The notes: generated by a model not told the origin, from the letters alone. 64,000 nucleotides of DNA from Octopus vulgaris (GCA_951406725.2 OX597835.1:48050001-48114000), one strand, 5' to 3'. Counted from the stretch's first letter, positions 42,004-56,176 are shown. A program made the numbers and translations.

Positions 42004-42525
42004 CCACACAAGCAAACAGACGTATGATTATGGTTGCTTTAGATGTGGCCATCCTGACCTAATCCTAAACGCAGCGCAATCTAACATGTCTTTATTTTTC
42101 CTGTTCGGGAAAGTGAATGGTGACTCTTGCAGTAATATATAACTGTTCTTTCCAGCAGATCGAACGACCACATAGAGTCGAAGGCTCATAGTTATTAGCA
42201 ACAAAGTCTACCTTCAATTTTTACCACAGATAGCTTCTGCAATGTGGTACTTGGTATAGAAAAACGAGTGTGATCACGACTGCGGCAGTGTATAGAAATC
42301 ACTTGCCAGTTGGACGAGGCTTGAGCAGACCTGCGGTTATACTTTAAATAGCAACAATATTTTCATACATTCTTAGAAATATGTTTCCATACCCTTACAC
42401 TTATATATATATATATTAGTAGTAGTAGTAATGGTAAGACAACAGAAGAATGAAAGAGATCTCGATATTATATAAATAGAGGAATATATTTGTAATATAA
42501 TATGTGACAATTATTCGGTTGCCAT

Positions 42526-42585
42526 GATAAAACTCCGAGTTTCGGATGTCGGGGCGGAAACTGCACCGGCATCTCTTCAGTTATC
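42526..42585 (-). ncRNA. Type I minimal hammerhead ribozyme (Penelope-type)
   Basis: gataa-CTGAAGA-gatgccggtgcag/ttt/ccgccccgacatc-c-GAAA-ctc-g-gag-TT-ttatc: 5-bp stem I, 13-position stem II (10 paired), palindromic stem III, GUU triplet. Lies in a TA-flanked insert at about 42417-42592. Confidence 0.75.
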
Positions 42586-42665
42586 GAGGCAATATATATA
42601 TATATATATATACACACCTATCTGTCTCTCCCTCTTTCTCGCTCTATACACACACACACACGCAT

Positions 42666-42789
<124 letters not shown>

Positions 42790-42889
42790 CAAAAATATAT
42801 GTATAAGTGAGTAGCAACTCGACCATCTTTAAAAATAAAACGTAGCATCATTCTCAAATAATGATTTCTTACATTTTGGATGAGGGCAG

Positions 42890-43075
42890 GTCTGTAATAG
42901 ATATTGATTATATTGATCTCAGAGCATGATTAATACTTTATTTTATCGCCCCACCCAAGCCACCACCACCACCAAAAGCAAAAACATGATGAAAGGCAAC
43001 AACGAACTCGGTCGGATTTGAACGCAGAACGTGCAGTGATGAACCGAATGCCCACACCTCCTCCTGAGCAATTTT
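42890..43075 (-). mobile_element. SINE family B, diverged
   Basis: tactttattttatcgcccc..gatgaaaggcaa..ggatttgaacgcagaacgt. Confidence 0.65.
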
Positions 43076-43295
43076 CGGGTAATCTTATGGAGCATATATA
43101 TGAAAGGCAGGATGGTCATAGCTGGAATGGGTGTGGAATGGTTGTTTAGAAGTCTGGTTTCCTCGATTAGGAACATAACTGGAGTTAAACACCTGCAACA
43201 GCAACAACAACAAGAACCACAACCACTCCGCTCATATGAATATACACTAATATCTACCTACCATTTTGATGTACGCATGTACGCATACTTGTGTG

Positions 43296-43342
<47 letters not shown>

Positions 43343-43479
43343 GTGTGTTTGTGTGTATGTATATATGTACATATGTATATATATATATATGTTCATATAT
43401 ATATATTTATATATATTTATATATATATACATACATACATACATACATATATACATACATACACATACATATAATTAAG

Positions 43480-43520
<41 letters not shown>

Positions 43521-43718
43521 GCATATATACATATAAATATATACATATATATATGTGTGTGTGTATGTATAAATATATGTATATATACATATAAATATGT
43601 ATACATATAATATATACTTATAAAAATATATATATACATACATACATATAATATATATATGCGTGTGTGACTATATATAACATGATATATATATGCGTGT
43701 GTGACTATATATAACATG

Positions 43719-43750
<32 letters not shown>

Positions 43751-44259
43751 ATACATACATGCATAAGCATAAATACATACACACATTTTTATCTTTCACT
43801 TATTTCTCTCATTAGTCTCATTAGTCAGGGTGTGTGACCGCCTTCAAGAAATTTAATCAAATGAATCCACCCCAGCCACTTTTTTAACCTACAACTTATT
43901 CTGTCGGTCTCCTGACGAACCTCTAAGTTACGAGTATTTAAACCATCACCAGTTTTCAATATATGCATTTTGTATATGTGTGTATAAATGCGTTTCAGAA
44001 TGTGTTCATACACACATTTGTACACACCCACTCACGTGCCCGCGCACCCACATACACACGTGCAACTCAAGTAAGTGGATCTCCGTCGGTTTCGATGATG
44101 TGTATTCTGTTGATCAGAACCTTACGATGAATTCATTAGAATCGTGCCTAAGTTATTGAGAACTCCTTAGTCACGTGTGCCCTTCACACAATTGCCAGGC
44201 AGTAGCCTACCCTCAATACCATAAAGCACATGACTGAATGAGTAAATTATGGTTAGAAT

Positions 44260-44695
44260 GGGTGTGTGGTTGTGTGGTAAGTAGCTTGCTTCCCAACGAT
44301 ATGGTTGTGTGTTCGATCCCACTCCGTGGTATCTCTTCCACCATGGACTCGGTATACATAAACTGAAAGAAGTCCGTCGAATATATGTGTGTGTGTGCAT
44401 GTATATATGTATATCTATGTATGCACGTATGTGTATGTATGTGTATGTGTGTTTATGTGTGCATGTATGTATGCATGTATGTATGTATATATGTATGCGT
44501 GTGCGCGTCTTTGTGTCTCCCACCACTGCTTGACAACCGGTGTTGGTGTGTTTACGCCCCCGTAACTTAGCTGTTCGGCATAAGAAACTGATAAAATAAG
44601 TACCAGGCTTAAAGAAATAAGAAGTGCGATCGATTACTTCAACTAAAATTCCTCAAGGCGGTGCCCCAGCATGGCCGCAGAACAAATAAAAGAAA
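44260..44695 (+). mobile_element. SINE family A
   Basis: Head, degenerate internal microsatellite and 3' module. Confidence 0.88.
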
Positions 44696-45123
44696 AAAGG
44701 AGAAATGAAATCCACCCTACTTGTCAGAGTTCTTTCCTCAAAACAATTTTACAAGCAGAATCCCACCCGAATCTATAAGTATTTACCCCTATTCAAGCGG
44801 TAAGCCACATCCATCACCCGGTTTAGCACCCCGCCATCTTCCCAATGTTGGTGCATTTGACGGGTCCACTCCGTTGCAAAATGTCCGATGGGGGGTCCAG
44901 TTTGAAGATGTCTCGTTTTCGCCCGTTTTCATCCGGGCACTGCAAAGAGAGCAAGGACGGGTACCTTTGCTCAAGACTAGAAAATGGAAAATGAAACAAT
45001 GAAGAATAAAAATACGATGTGCGTATTGAACCCGAGACGGGGTTGATTGCGAGCTGATCTTCTGAACCATTTCCTCCATGCTACGAACACACAGACACAC
45101 AAACAGATAGACAGACCACTTAC

Positions 45124-45642
45124 TGAGTGAGCCACCGGAGGCTGGTAATCGAAGCTAACAAGGACGCTGCTGCTAGGTTCAACGGAGAGATATTGATGGA
45201 AGAAGCAGTCGATGATAAAGGTGTTGGCGGCGGCGGTGGTGGTGGTAATGGTGGTGGTAATGGTGATGGTGGTGGCGATGGTGGTAGGGATGGTGGATGG
45301 AGAGATGTGATGGTGGCGGCGGTGGTTTCGACGGTGCGTTTTGGTGAAGATTTCGGTGTTGGTGGCGGTGGTTATCATTTGAATTGGCAGTATTGGTCGT
45401 GTTGTTGTTGATGTTGGTGGTGGTAGTGGTGGTGGTGGTGGTGGTGGTGGTGGTGGTAGTTTTGTTAATGATGGTTGGGGGGCGTCTTGATGGTGGCGAT
45501 GGTGCTGGCTCTGGTTCTGCTGGTGTTGACGGTGGTGCTGATGGTGATGGTAGGTTGGTGGTGGTGGTGGTGGTCTCAATCGAATATCTCGCAAATCGCC
45601 GACGAATACAGCTGACAGTAAGTTTGCGTCATCAGAGTTGAC
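45124..45642 (-). CDS. Candidate low-complexity (Pro/His/Thr-rich) exon of unknown product
   Basis: 519 nt, stop-free, phase 0-0 between a weak CAG acceptor and a perfect GTAAGT donor (45123-45118); strong acceptors follow downstream. No recognisable homology. Confidence 0.3.
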
Positions 45643-46699
45643 CTGGGACTAAGCGCATCATCATCATCATCATCATCAACAACTAAGGGAAATTTTGGGG
45701 TGGGGAGGTGCGGTAGTTCGAACTGCTAGACATAATAGTGAAATCGCCTTCGAATCACACCCCGCTGTCTTTGAAAACAGAGTTTTTGAATTCCCTGCAT
45801 TTAGGAAAAAATGGAATGGTCACGGCTGGAATGCCATTGATAATAAGTTTACTTGATTATCGGTAAGAAATTCTACGTGGTAGCTAAACCCGCTAGAAAT
45901 AATGACTAAATTTCCCTCAAATAACTCCCTGCTGTGTTGGAAAAAAAAACAGGTTGGTTCACTTACATCGGGGAAAGACGAGATGGCCACGGCTAGGTTT
46001 TCTTTCATCTATGTGTGCCTGATTCAATCAGAGTTAAATAACATGACAGTTATATCTGTTCGAAATAATGTCCAAGTCTCCCTCAAATAAGGCGCCACTG
46101 TCTCACAGAAGGAGACTGAATGATGTAGTACTGGGCTCTCAGTTGTTAGGAAGGAAAAAGACGGGATGCTCATAGCAGGTATGCCCCTGGTAGTTGATCA
46201 CTGCTGACTTGGGGCTAAACAGGATGAAGAACAGCAATAACGAAGAAGATAGCGAGGAGGATTAGGGGGTCTAAATCTCCTTCATTCAGTCAGGAAGGCC
46301 ACTGATAAAAACAAGGAAATATTACAGTCATGTATGGAACGTCTTTTGATGACAAAACGACAATGAACAGTTGTAGATGTTGTCTAGCACCAAATTACTA
46401 ATTACCACGCAGACGTCCTTGTGATCAAATGGCATTCCAGCCGGGACCATCCTCTTTATTTCCTATGTGACGGCAGAAACCACAACTACATTAACCAAGC
46501 TATGCATTTCTAAGATGGTGGAACGTGACTTGGAGGTAATTTCGTTGCCATTTTTTTCGGGTTGGCTGACCCTTTAGAGGTTCTCCGTGTTGTAGAGTTA
46601 GTCGACACTACCCCATTTCTCCGCGCACAAACAAATTTGTGTGCCAATACTGTAATTAATCAATTATTAATTAATTAATTTATTTATTTCCTTTGTACG

Positions 46700-46880
46700 A
46701 AGTAGCAAACTGTGAGAATCGTTTGAGCGTCGAGCGTAATGCTTTGGGTCTATTTTCTTGAATCCTTATATTCTGGATAACCTTACAGAGATCAACTGTA
46801 CTTTTAATCTCTCCGGAAACGATGTAGTAGAGTACCAGATTTAATGGGCTAACTCAACCTCCCCCTAAGTTAGCTGGCGA
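46700..46880 (+). mobile_element. SINE family B, old
   Basis: gagaatcgtttgagcgtcgagcgtaatgctt..agtaccag. Confidence 0.55.
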
Positions 46881-47194
46881 TGATTTTTACGGCTTTTTTG
46901 TGGTCGTTGTTGTCAGCGCAAGGTCAGCCGCGATCGAGCAGAATTGCGCTCAAATATTTTGAAGTCGAGTCAATCTCAACTTTTATTCAGATGAGACATT
47001 TGATGGCGAAGAAAGCTACCGAGAAGATTACAATGGAGCAGACAAATTGCCATATTTGATAAAACCAAGATGGCCCTTAACAATATTTCTACAGCAACAT
47101 TGACAGTTTAAATCCTGCCGCGGTCAACTTTGTGTTTTATCCTTCCAGTGTGGTCTTGTGCCTAAATGCGATACCAATGAAGTTAGCAAACATA

Positions 47195-47385
47195 ATTAAA
47201 GGGCGCAGAAACATTAGAGCGTCGGAAAAATGCAGAGCAAAATGTCTTCCAGATATTTACATTCTATATCTAAATCCGGCCGAAGTCAAGTTTGTTATTT
47301 ATCGTTCTGTGGCTCGATGAGATAAAAAAAAAACCCCGTCGAGTACTGAGGACGATATAATCGACAAACACTTCCCTCTAGCTTT
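47195..47385 (+). mobile_element. SINE family B, old
   Basis: gcagaaacattagagcgtcggaaaaatgc..aaatccggccgaagtcaagtttg..gaggacgatataatcgac. Confidence 0.6.
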
Positions 47386-47554
47386 GAGACTTTATTAAGA
47401 TATTGGGTAATAATGCCTGGGATTTGTCGGGACCGCTATCGTTCTTGTGGTGTCAGTTCTTGAGGTTTAGCCCAGCGCCACCTAACGCATACGCAATAAC
47501 ATGAACTTCTGATTAAGTATTCGTACTTATATACACCCAGCAGTTATACGATAG

Positions 47555-48020
47555 AGGTCAGATGTGGCTGTATGGTAACAAGCTTGCTCTCAACCACATG
47601 GTTCCTGGTTCAGTCCCCTGGCAGGGCAAGTGTCTTGTACTATAGTCTCGGGACGACAAAAGCTTTGTGAGTGGATTTGGTAGGCGGAAACTGACAGAAG
47701 CACGTGATGTATATGTGTGTGTGTGTCTGTGTGCGTGTGTGTGTGTGTGTGTCTGTGTGCGTGTGTGTGTGTGTGTAAGTGTGTGTGCGTGTGTGTGCGT
47801 GCGTGTGTGCGTGTGTGTGTCTGTGTCTTGTGTCTGCCCCCCACACCGTTTGACATTGGTGTTGGTGTGTTTACGTACATATATCTTAGCGGTTCGGCAA
47901 AATATATCGACAGAATAACTGCCAGACTTAAAAAGTAAAGTACTGGGGTCGATTCATTCGAGTAAACAATTCTTCAATTATTCCAGCATGGCCGCAGTCC
48001 AATGACTACAATATGTAAAA
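47555..48020 (+). mobile_element. SINE family A
   Basis: Head, internal (TG)n and 3' module. Confidence 0.88.
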
Positions 48021-48596
48021 GATATATCTATATGTAATATACATAATTCTAACTTACAAATGCACGTGATGTTTGATGAGAAACAAACGGCAATGAAACA
48101 GTCTTCCGTATGGAACATTCTAGTCATAGAAATAACAGCCAAATCTCCCTCCAATGACATCCTCTTTGTAGACAAGTAAGATACGTTAGTTAAACAAAAA
48201 TAATTCCAGCAGAGATACATGATCGGGCGGGGCTGCGATGTGTGTGCGCTTCCATAGCGAGACTGGGGTTAAACATCATCATCATCATCATCAACAACAA
48301 AAACAACAACAACAGCAGCAACAAGATGTATCCATTATATTACATTTCAAATGCCGACCAGGCAAGCCGAGGAAAGTCATCGAATAATAAAAGACGCTCT
48401 TGTGCTGGCCACCACATCATACATATCGTGCATTATCTACCCCCATGACACTACATTATACAATGTGTACTTCACATTCTTAAAAGGATAACAAGCATTG
48501 GTTGCTGTTTCTAGCATGCTCCAGCGATCGAATAATCTATTGGGTTCAAAAGGCAATAAGATTCTGATGCCGATGAAGAATCCACCGGTGCCAACG

Positions 48597-48972
48597 ATGT
48601 CGACGACGAGGACGACGACGAAGAAGAAGAAGAAGAAGGAGAAGAAGAAGAAGAAGAAGAAGAAGAAGAAGAAGAAGAAGAAGAAGAAGAAGAAGAATGA
48701 GAAGAAGAAGAAGAAGAAGAAGAAGAAGAAGAAGAAGAAGAAGAAGAAGAAGAAGAAGAAGAAGAAGAAGAAGAAGAAGAAGAAGAAGAAGAAGAAGAAA
48801 AAGAAGAAGAAGAAGAAGAAGAAGAAGAAGAAGAAGAAGAAGAAGAAGAAGAAGAAGAAAACAGTTATGATCTGCTGCTGATAACGATGACGATGATAAC
48901 GATGATGAAGAACGTGTTGTTGAGGAGGATAAATGATAATGCTGACGACGATGATGATGATGATGTTGACGG

Positions 48973-49005
<33 letters not shown>
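48597..49005. repeat. (GAC)n-(AAG)n-(GAT)n triplet repeat complex
   Basis: About 80 AAG units at 48620-48858. Confidence 0.97.
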
Positions 49006-49189
49006 CAACCAAGCCTAGTGATGGACACGATGACACATCCCATTCAAAGCCGTTCTCTATAAGTGGAGGAGGATTACATTAATTCGATCGTCACAACTAT
49101 TTTTTGATTCTCTCTATTTTGCCATTTCTCAGAGGAATGATAGGAAAATTATTTTCGTTAGACAGATTGATTGCCACACTGACAGATAC

Positions 49190-49230
<41 letters not shown>

Positions 49231-49437
49231 TAACATATATATATATAAAGAAAATGCATATACGTATATAAACATATATGTGTATATATATGCATATTCA
49301 TATATGTCCACCTATATATATGCAAATACATACATATATATATATATATGTTTATATATATACATATGAATATATTTATATATAAACCGATATATATACA
49401 TATATATATATACATATGTGTGAGTATATATAAATAG

Positions 49438-49483
<46 letters not shown>

Positions 49484-49622
49484 TGAATGAAATTATACAT
49501 TATACGCGGGGAGAATTTAACAGCTGCAGTTATTTTCATGTGTCTTATCGTATATATACCATTATATATATATATATATATATATATACATACATATATA
49601 TATATATATTATATATATGTAT

Positions 49623-49677
<55 letters not shown>

Positions 49678-49683
49678 GTATAT

Positions 49684-49729
<46 letters not shown>

Positions 49730-49744
49730 TATATATATGCATAT

Positions 49745-49796
<52 letters not shown>

Positions 49797-50117
49797 GAAT
49801 AAGGGTAGAAATTTGTATTAATCAATTAAAACCAGTGGCCTAGCATATTTAAAAAAAATTCGAAGATTAAAAATATTTTAAAATTTTGTATATATGTATA
49901 TATATATACACGCACATAGTTGGTGTAAGTAATGTATGTGTGTGTGTGTGTGTGCATCTACTAGTTTGAATGCCTGTAATGTTTGGCATTATGTAGAGGT
50001 AGATAAGCTGGATGGGTTAATTACAAAAAGAAAAGCTTCTGTCATAGTCACATACACACACACACACACACGTTCTTACACACACATGCACAAAGGTACG
50101 CTTATGCATACTTGTAA

Positions 50118-50163
<46 letters not shown>

Positions 50164-50577
50164 CATATCCTAAAACACACACATGCACACACACGCATAC
50201 ACAGATATACATACATTCTTCTCATTTTTAGCATAAATTCTGAGCGGTCACCTGCACGACACCAACGTTGTGAACGAAGGTATTTTGTTTTTAGCCAGCA
50301 TCCGATGAATATTAAGGTCTTACAGATTGTTATAGTTTCAATGCATGTATGTATGAAGGTGTGTATGTATAGGTGTGCGTGCGTGTATGTGTGTGCGTGC
50401 GTGTGTTTTTTACTGGAGTCTTATATTGAGTCCTTCCTCGGAATTTTCCTCATCTCGAAAGGTCATGAAGAAAATATAGCTTTTATGGCATCCTCTCTAA
50501 TATAGACTTCTGACCAATTTTCGCCTCATTCAACACCGATCCCGGACCAAACATGTAGAATAGGCATACATACGTAT

Positions 50578-50649
<72 letters not shown>

Positions 50650-50702
50650 TATATATATATATATATATAAGTATGTATGTATGCCTATTCTATGTGTTTT
50701 TT

Positions 50703-51107
50703 TTCTTTTACTTCTTTCGGTCATCTGACTGCGGCCATGCTAGAGCACCACATTTACTCGAGCAAAACGTCCCCGGGTCTTATTAGTATTTATTGTATCG
50801 GTCTCTTTTTCGAACTGCTAAGTTATGGACACGTAAACACACCAGTATCTGTTCTCAAGCGATGGCGGGGGTGGAAGCAAACACAGAAACAAACACAAAC
50901 ACACACAAACAACACACACACACACACACACACATACACACACGCGACGACTTCTTTTAGTTTCCGTCTACCAAATCGACTCACAAGGCTTTGTTAGGCC
51001 CTAGACTACAGCAGAAGATTCGTTCCCAAGGTGCCACGCAGTGGGACCGAACCCGGAATCATATTGTTGGAAACTAAGCTACTTACCACACAGTCACTCC
51101 TACGCCT
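50703..51107 (-). mobile_element. SINE family A
   Basis: Reverse complement of both modules. Confidence 0.88.
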
Positions 51108-51128
51108 ATATAACCATATCTGTATGCA

Positions 51129-51173
<45 letters not shown>

Positions 51174-51467
51174 GCATACATGTGTGCGTTTATGTGTATG
51201 TATTAATATGTATCCATATATATGTACATATATGTGTGTACCTATATGCGTGCATTTGTGTGTGTGTGTGTGTGTGTGCGTGCGTGTGTGTGTGTGAATA
51301 TAAAAGTGAATCCACAGATACATATAAATAAACGTATATAAGCGTATAGCTACGAAAACAATATCAGCGCACTTATAACAAGCTTTGATACTCCTAAACA
51401 TAAGCAGACCTATAACCCACGCACGCACGCACACACACGCCCACACACACACATAAATACAAACATT

Positions 51468-51509
<42 letters not shown>

Positions 51510-51778
51510 CTGACACAAACGCATACACTCATTCACCGACATAGCGACTGAGCGTGGTGAATCAAAGTGCAGAGCTGCAACGAGACGGCCCTGTCTGTCC
51601 CAGTGAGGGCGAATTGCGTCTCTGTAGACTGATTTTCAGCAACATGGAGATGTTGTGAGTACACTTGAGAGGAAGATCGCTGCACTGGGGGCAGCAATTA
51701 CGTGCATACACGCATACATACTTTATAAGCATTTATACACCCACCCACACACACACACATGTACATACATGTAAATCT

Positions 51779-51831
<53 letters not shown>

Positions 51832-51955
51832 CACAAACATAGATATGCATATATATATATGTATATATATATATATATGTACATATACATATATATACAT
51901 ACATATACATACATATATATACATATGTATACACATATATATACATACATATATA

Positions 51956-51991
<36 letters not shown>

Positions 51992-52066
51992 TCTGTGTTT
52001 AGGGACAGTCTGTAAACATACAAATCCTCATCGCGCACGTATATATGCACTATAAATATGTTTATG

Positions 52067-52138
<72 letters not shown>

Positions 52139-52270
52139 CATATATATATATGCATATATAATATATACACACGTATATATGCCATAAGCAAATATACCCA
52201 CACACGTAAATACATACATATATATGTATATGAATATGTATATGTATGAATATATATATATATATATACG

Positions 52271-52302
<32 letters not shown>

Positions 52303-52357
52303 GATATATATATAGATATATGTCTGTGTGTATATATATACATATCTATATATATAG

Positions 52358-52389
<32 letters not shown>

Positions 52390-52476
52390 TCATATATATA
52401 TATGTATATATATATATGTACGTATATATATATATATACATATGTACACACACAAACACACACACACCTATATGTA

Positions 52477-52587
52477 GGCGCAGGATTAGCTGCGTGGCAC
52501 CTTGGGCAAGTGTTTTCTAGTATAGTCTCGGGCCGAACAAAGCCTTATAAGTGGATCTGGTGGATGGAAACTGAAAGAAGCCCGTCG

Positions 52588-52667
<80 letters not shown>

Positions 52668-52822
52668 CGTGTGTCTGTGTTTCCCCCTCCATCGCTTGAC
52701 AACCAATGTTAATGTCTCCTCCACGTAACTTAGCGGTTCGGTAATAGAGATCCGATAGAATAAGTACTAAGCTTTCAAAGAATAAGTCCTGGGGTCGATT
52801 TGTTCGACTAAAGGCGGTGCTC
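52477..52822 (+). mobile_element. SINE family A with deleted head
   Basis: ggcgcagga joined to tgcgtggcaccttgggcaagtg; internal microsatellite; 3' module. Confidence 0.88.
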
Positions 52823-52983
52823 CTGCAAAGGCATGAAAAAAAGATGTGTATGTGTGTGTGTATATATACTATGGGAGCAGGAAAATATGCTTGTTTTTAC
52901 AAGTATATCATTGTTAACATGCAAAATACATACGTGCATTCATATATATATATATATATATATGTGTATAAGTGTGTGTGTGT

Positions 52984-53017
<34 letters not shown>

Positions 53018-53147
53018 CTGTGTGTGTGTACACTAATTCACTGCGTTCGCTCGAGATGTCTTAGTTTACTGACGCAAAACCCGCCACGCTTACATCCACT
53101 AACTGTAACTATGTATGTATGTATGTATGTATGTATCTAATAATCTA

Positions 53148-53774
53148 GTGATACTAGTAACATGTAACCCAGTACAACCTGTTGCATGGTCGTCGGCGAC
53201 TAAACCTATTTCTTTACTACCCACAAGGGGCTAAACACAGAGAGGGCAAACAAGGACAGACCAACGGATTAAGTCGATTACATCGACCCCAGTGCGTAAA
53301 CCGGCAACCTCACCAAGCTTGCTTGGTGAGGCGGGTGTTTATTGAACATCCTGCGGGATGAAAAACAAAACCCGTCAAAGGGCGGAGGAACTCTTGAGAG
53401 TCAACGGCCAACCAATAAATGTCTTAAGGCTGTATCATGCGCGGGGACAGAAATAATCGGACTGAATACCCGATCGCGCGGTTAAGCCATTGGGAGTGAA
53501 GGACTCCTAGCCTTTGTTAGGGCATCATTCTAGGAGAAGGTAACTCAGGTAACTGGGATAAATCCGACATAAAACCTGCGGCTCAGTGGTTACTGATGAT
53601 GTTGACTTGTTCTTCTTTTCGGATTATGGCTGCTGTTGCTCAGTGAGTGGAATTGACTCAGTGCACAGCCTTTCCTCACTTTAAAAAAAAATCTTCTTGC
53701 ACATGCATTGCACGATAACAACATTGATTAAGCTTCGTGCAATGGCCATATTCGATAACGAGGGGGCAGCCACC
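53148..53774 (+). mobile_element. Non-autonomous retroelement (RTE 5'UTR-like) with 13-bp TSD
   Basis: atctaataatcta at 53135-53147 and 53775-53787; ctaggagaaggtaactc resembles RTE-clade 5' UTRs (recalled similarity); no ORF. Confidence 0.7.
53207..53296 (-). mobile_element. 5'-truncated SINE family B nested insertion
   Basis: 6-bp TSD taaacc at 53201-53206 and 53297-53302; reverse complement of the 62934-63047 tail. Confidence 0.88.
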
Positions 53775-54275
53775 ATCTAATAATCTATCTATTAGTCTAT
53801 CTATCTATGTATCTCTCTAATTCTCAATCTCTTTCTTTCTCTCTCTCTTTCTCTCCCTCACTGTCTCTGTCTCTTACTGTCTCTCTGTTTCTCTCCCTCT
53901 TTTACTCTTTCTCTCTCTCTTTATATATATAACCACGTATATATATAGATAGATATCAAGATCGACAAGCGTATGTGTGCGTGTGTGAATGCATCTCTGT
54001 ATCTTTATAATACTCTTTCTTTATCTTGACCACTCAAAACCATTGATCATTAGAGCCAAATAATCTGTATTTCAAACTCATTAGAACTCATCTTCTGTGC
54101 AATCATGATCACGTGTATGCTGGTTATACCATCACGTGATTAGTTATTATAGTATTTCTTTTGCATGAGACCAATATGCAGAATAAAATGGCATTTGATA
54201 TAAAAATCTAATTCTTAGTCTGAATTTTGAAGAATGGTTTTTTACATATATATATATATAGAGAGAGAGATTTAT

Positions 54276-54350
<75 letters not shown>

Positions 54351-54357
54351 TAGATAG

Positions 54358-54390
<33 letters not shown>

Positions 54391-54458
54391 CATACATATA
54401 TATATATGTATATATATATATGTGTGTGTGTAAATATATATATATGTATACATAAAAA

Positions 54459-54517
<59 letters not shown>

Positions 54518-54528
54518 GTATATATATG

Positions 54529-54576
<48 letters not shown>

Positions 54577-54864
54577 ATATATATATATATATATATGCAT
54601 TGACTTGGTGTAGATCTTACTGGTAATACATTCCCTGCTTATTGCATAAATGTAATTCTATTCTCCCAAGCTTGTTGCACTTCATATTCGAAGCTCCGAT
54701 GAAGTGATAGGATGTTATTCAGGCACTCGACTATGAGTCCACTACATCATACAACAAAACCATCTGAGAGATAATGAAGTTCATAACATAATCATTGTTT
54801 TCTACCGACATACACATCTATATGTATATTAATATATATATATGTGTATACACACAGACACATA

Positions 54865-54932
<68 letters not shown>

Positions 54933-55304
54933 AATATATATACACCTATACATATTTATGTATGTATGTGCGTATGTATGTGTGTATGCATATGCAGACA
55001 CATACATATGAAATATTTCATAGTGTTGTGTGTAATATGCGTCATCTCTTATATTTATTGCAGTCAAGCTGGAGCACCGAATGTATATCATGCTTGTGTT
55101 GATTACATTGACTCTGGTATATATTTTGTTTCTGTGTATATTTTGTCGGACTCTATTTGTCAAGATGCTAGTTCATTCTTGTATCTGTAACCAAAATAAA
55201 CCCAACGCCCGGCACACACACATGCACACACATATATCAAATATATATACATGCGTATATATGCATGTAAATACACACACACACAAACACACACACACGC
55301 ACAT

Positions 55305-55349
<45 letters not shown>

Positions 55350-55795
55350 TACATAAATGAATATATGAGCAATACATAGGCTAAGCCAAAAGCAGTCTAC
55401 GTCGAAGGATGGCTCTGCACAAATCTCATATCAAAATTCCGAAAAAGAGAAAAATAGAATTCTACGATCACATCGACATTTGCGTCAATAACAAACAACC
55501 CAGCTTCAGAATTTTCTCGTCTCTATCGATTCATGGATGATACAACTTCTAGTCAGCGCATTAATAAAGCGCAAAATATAAACACCATTTGAATGCAAAT
55601 GACTTTATTACCAGGGGCTTATAATAACGCACACGCAAATATTAAAAACGATATTTTGAAAAAAAGTCATTTCACATAAATTTATTCAGAACAATTCCAG
55701 TCACTACTATTCAAACCAAAACATGTCACTTTTTGGTCACTTGACCATTTAAGAAGATTCCACCAACATCCTGTAAATATCATACCACTCCCGCA

Positions 55796-55882
55796 TTCTT
55801 CTTCTTCTTCTTCTTCTTCTTCTTCTTCTTCTTCTTCTTCTTCTTCTTCTTCTTCTTCTTCTTCTTCTTCTTCTTCTTCTTC
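55796..55882. repeat. (CTT)n microsatellite
   Basis: Directly visible. Confidence 0.97.
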
Positions 55883-56090
55883 TGCTACTACTGCTGCTTA
55901 AACAATCAAAGACAATAATTCATATCAAACTAGCTGCTGCAAACTACCTAGAGCGCACAAGAGAAGAAGTGAGAGACAGAGACAGACTGAAAAAACGAAG
56001 ATGTCCCTTGTATTTGAAAACTATGGAAATATTTTTAAAAAACATTTCATTTCATTTTTCCACAATTTAATTGTTTTCCAAGCCTTACAC

Positions 56091-56128
56091 TAAGTTGAAA
56101 AAGTCGCAAGTCTGAAACCGGTACTAAA
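56091..56128 (+). ncRNA. Degenerate minimal hammerhead motif
   Basis: ttgaaaa-agtc(gcaa)gtct-GAAAC-cg-GTA-ctaa: GNRA-capped stem II and palindromic ACCGGT stem III; core mutated. Confidence 0.4.
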
Positions 56129-56176
56129 ATGTTCATAATGAAATTATTTTAGCATTTTCTAACTTGTCTTACTTTC

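Noticed and set aside
48437-49043. Poly-Lys, poly-Phe and poly-Leu ORFs
   Set aside because: Alternative frames of one (AAG)n tract.
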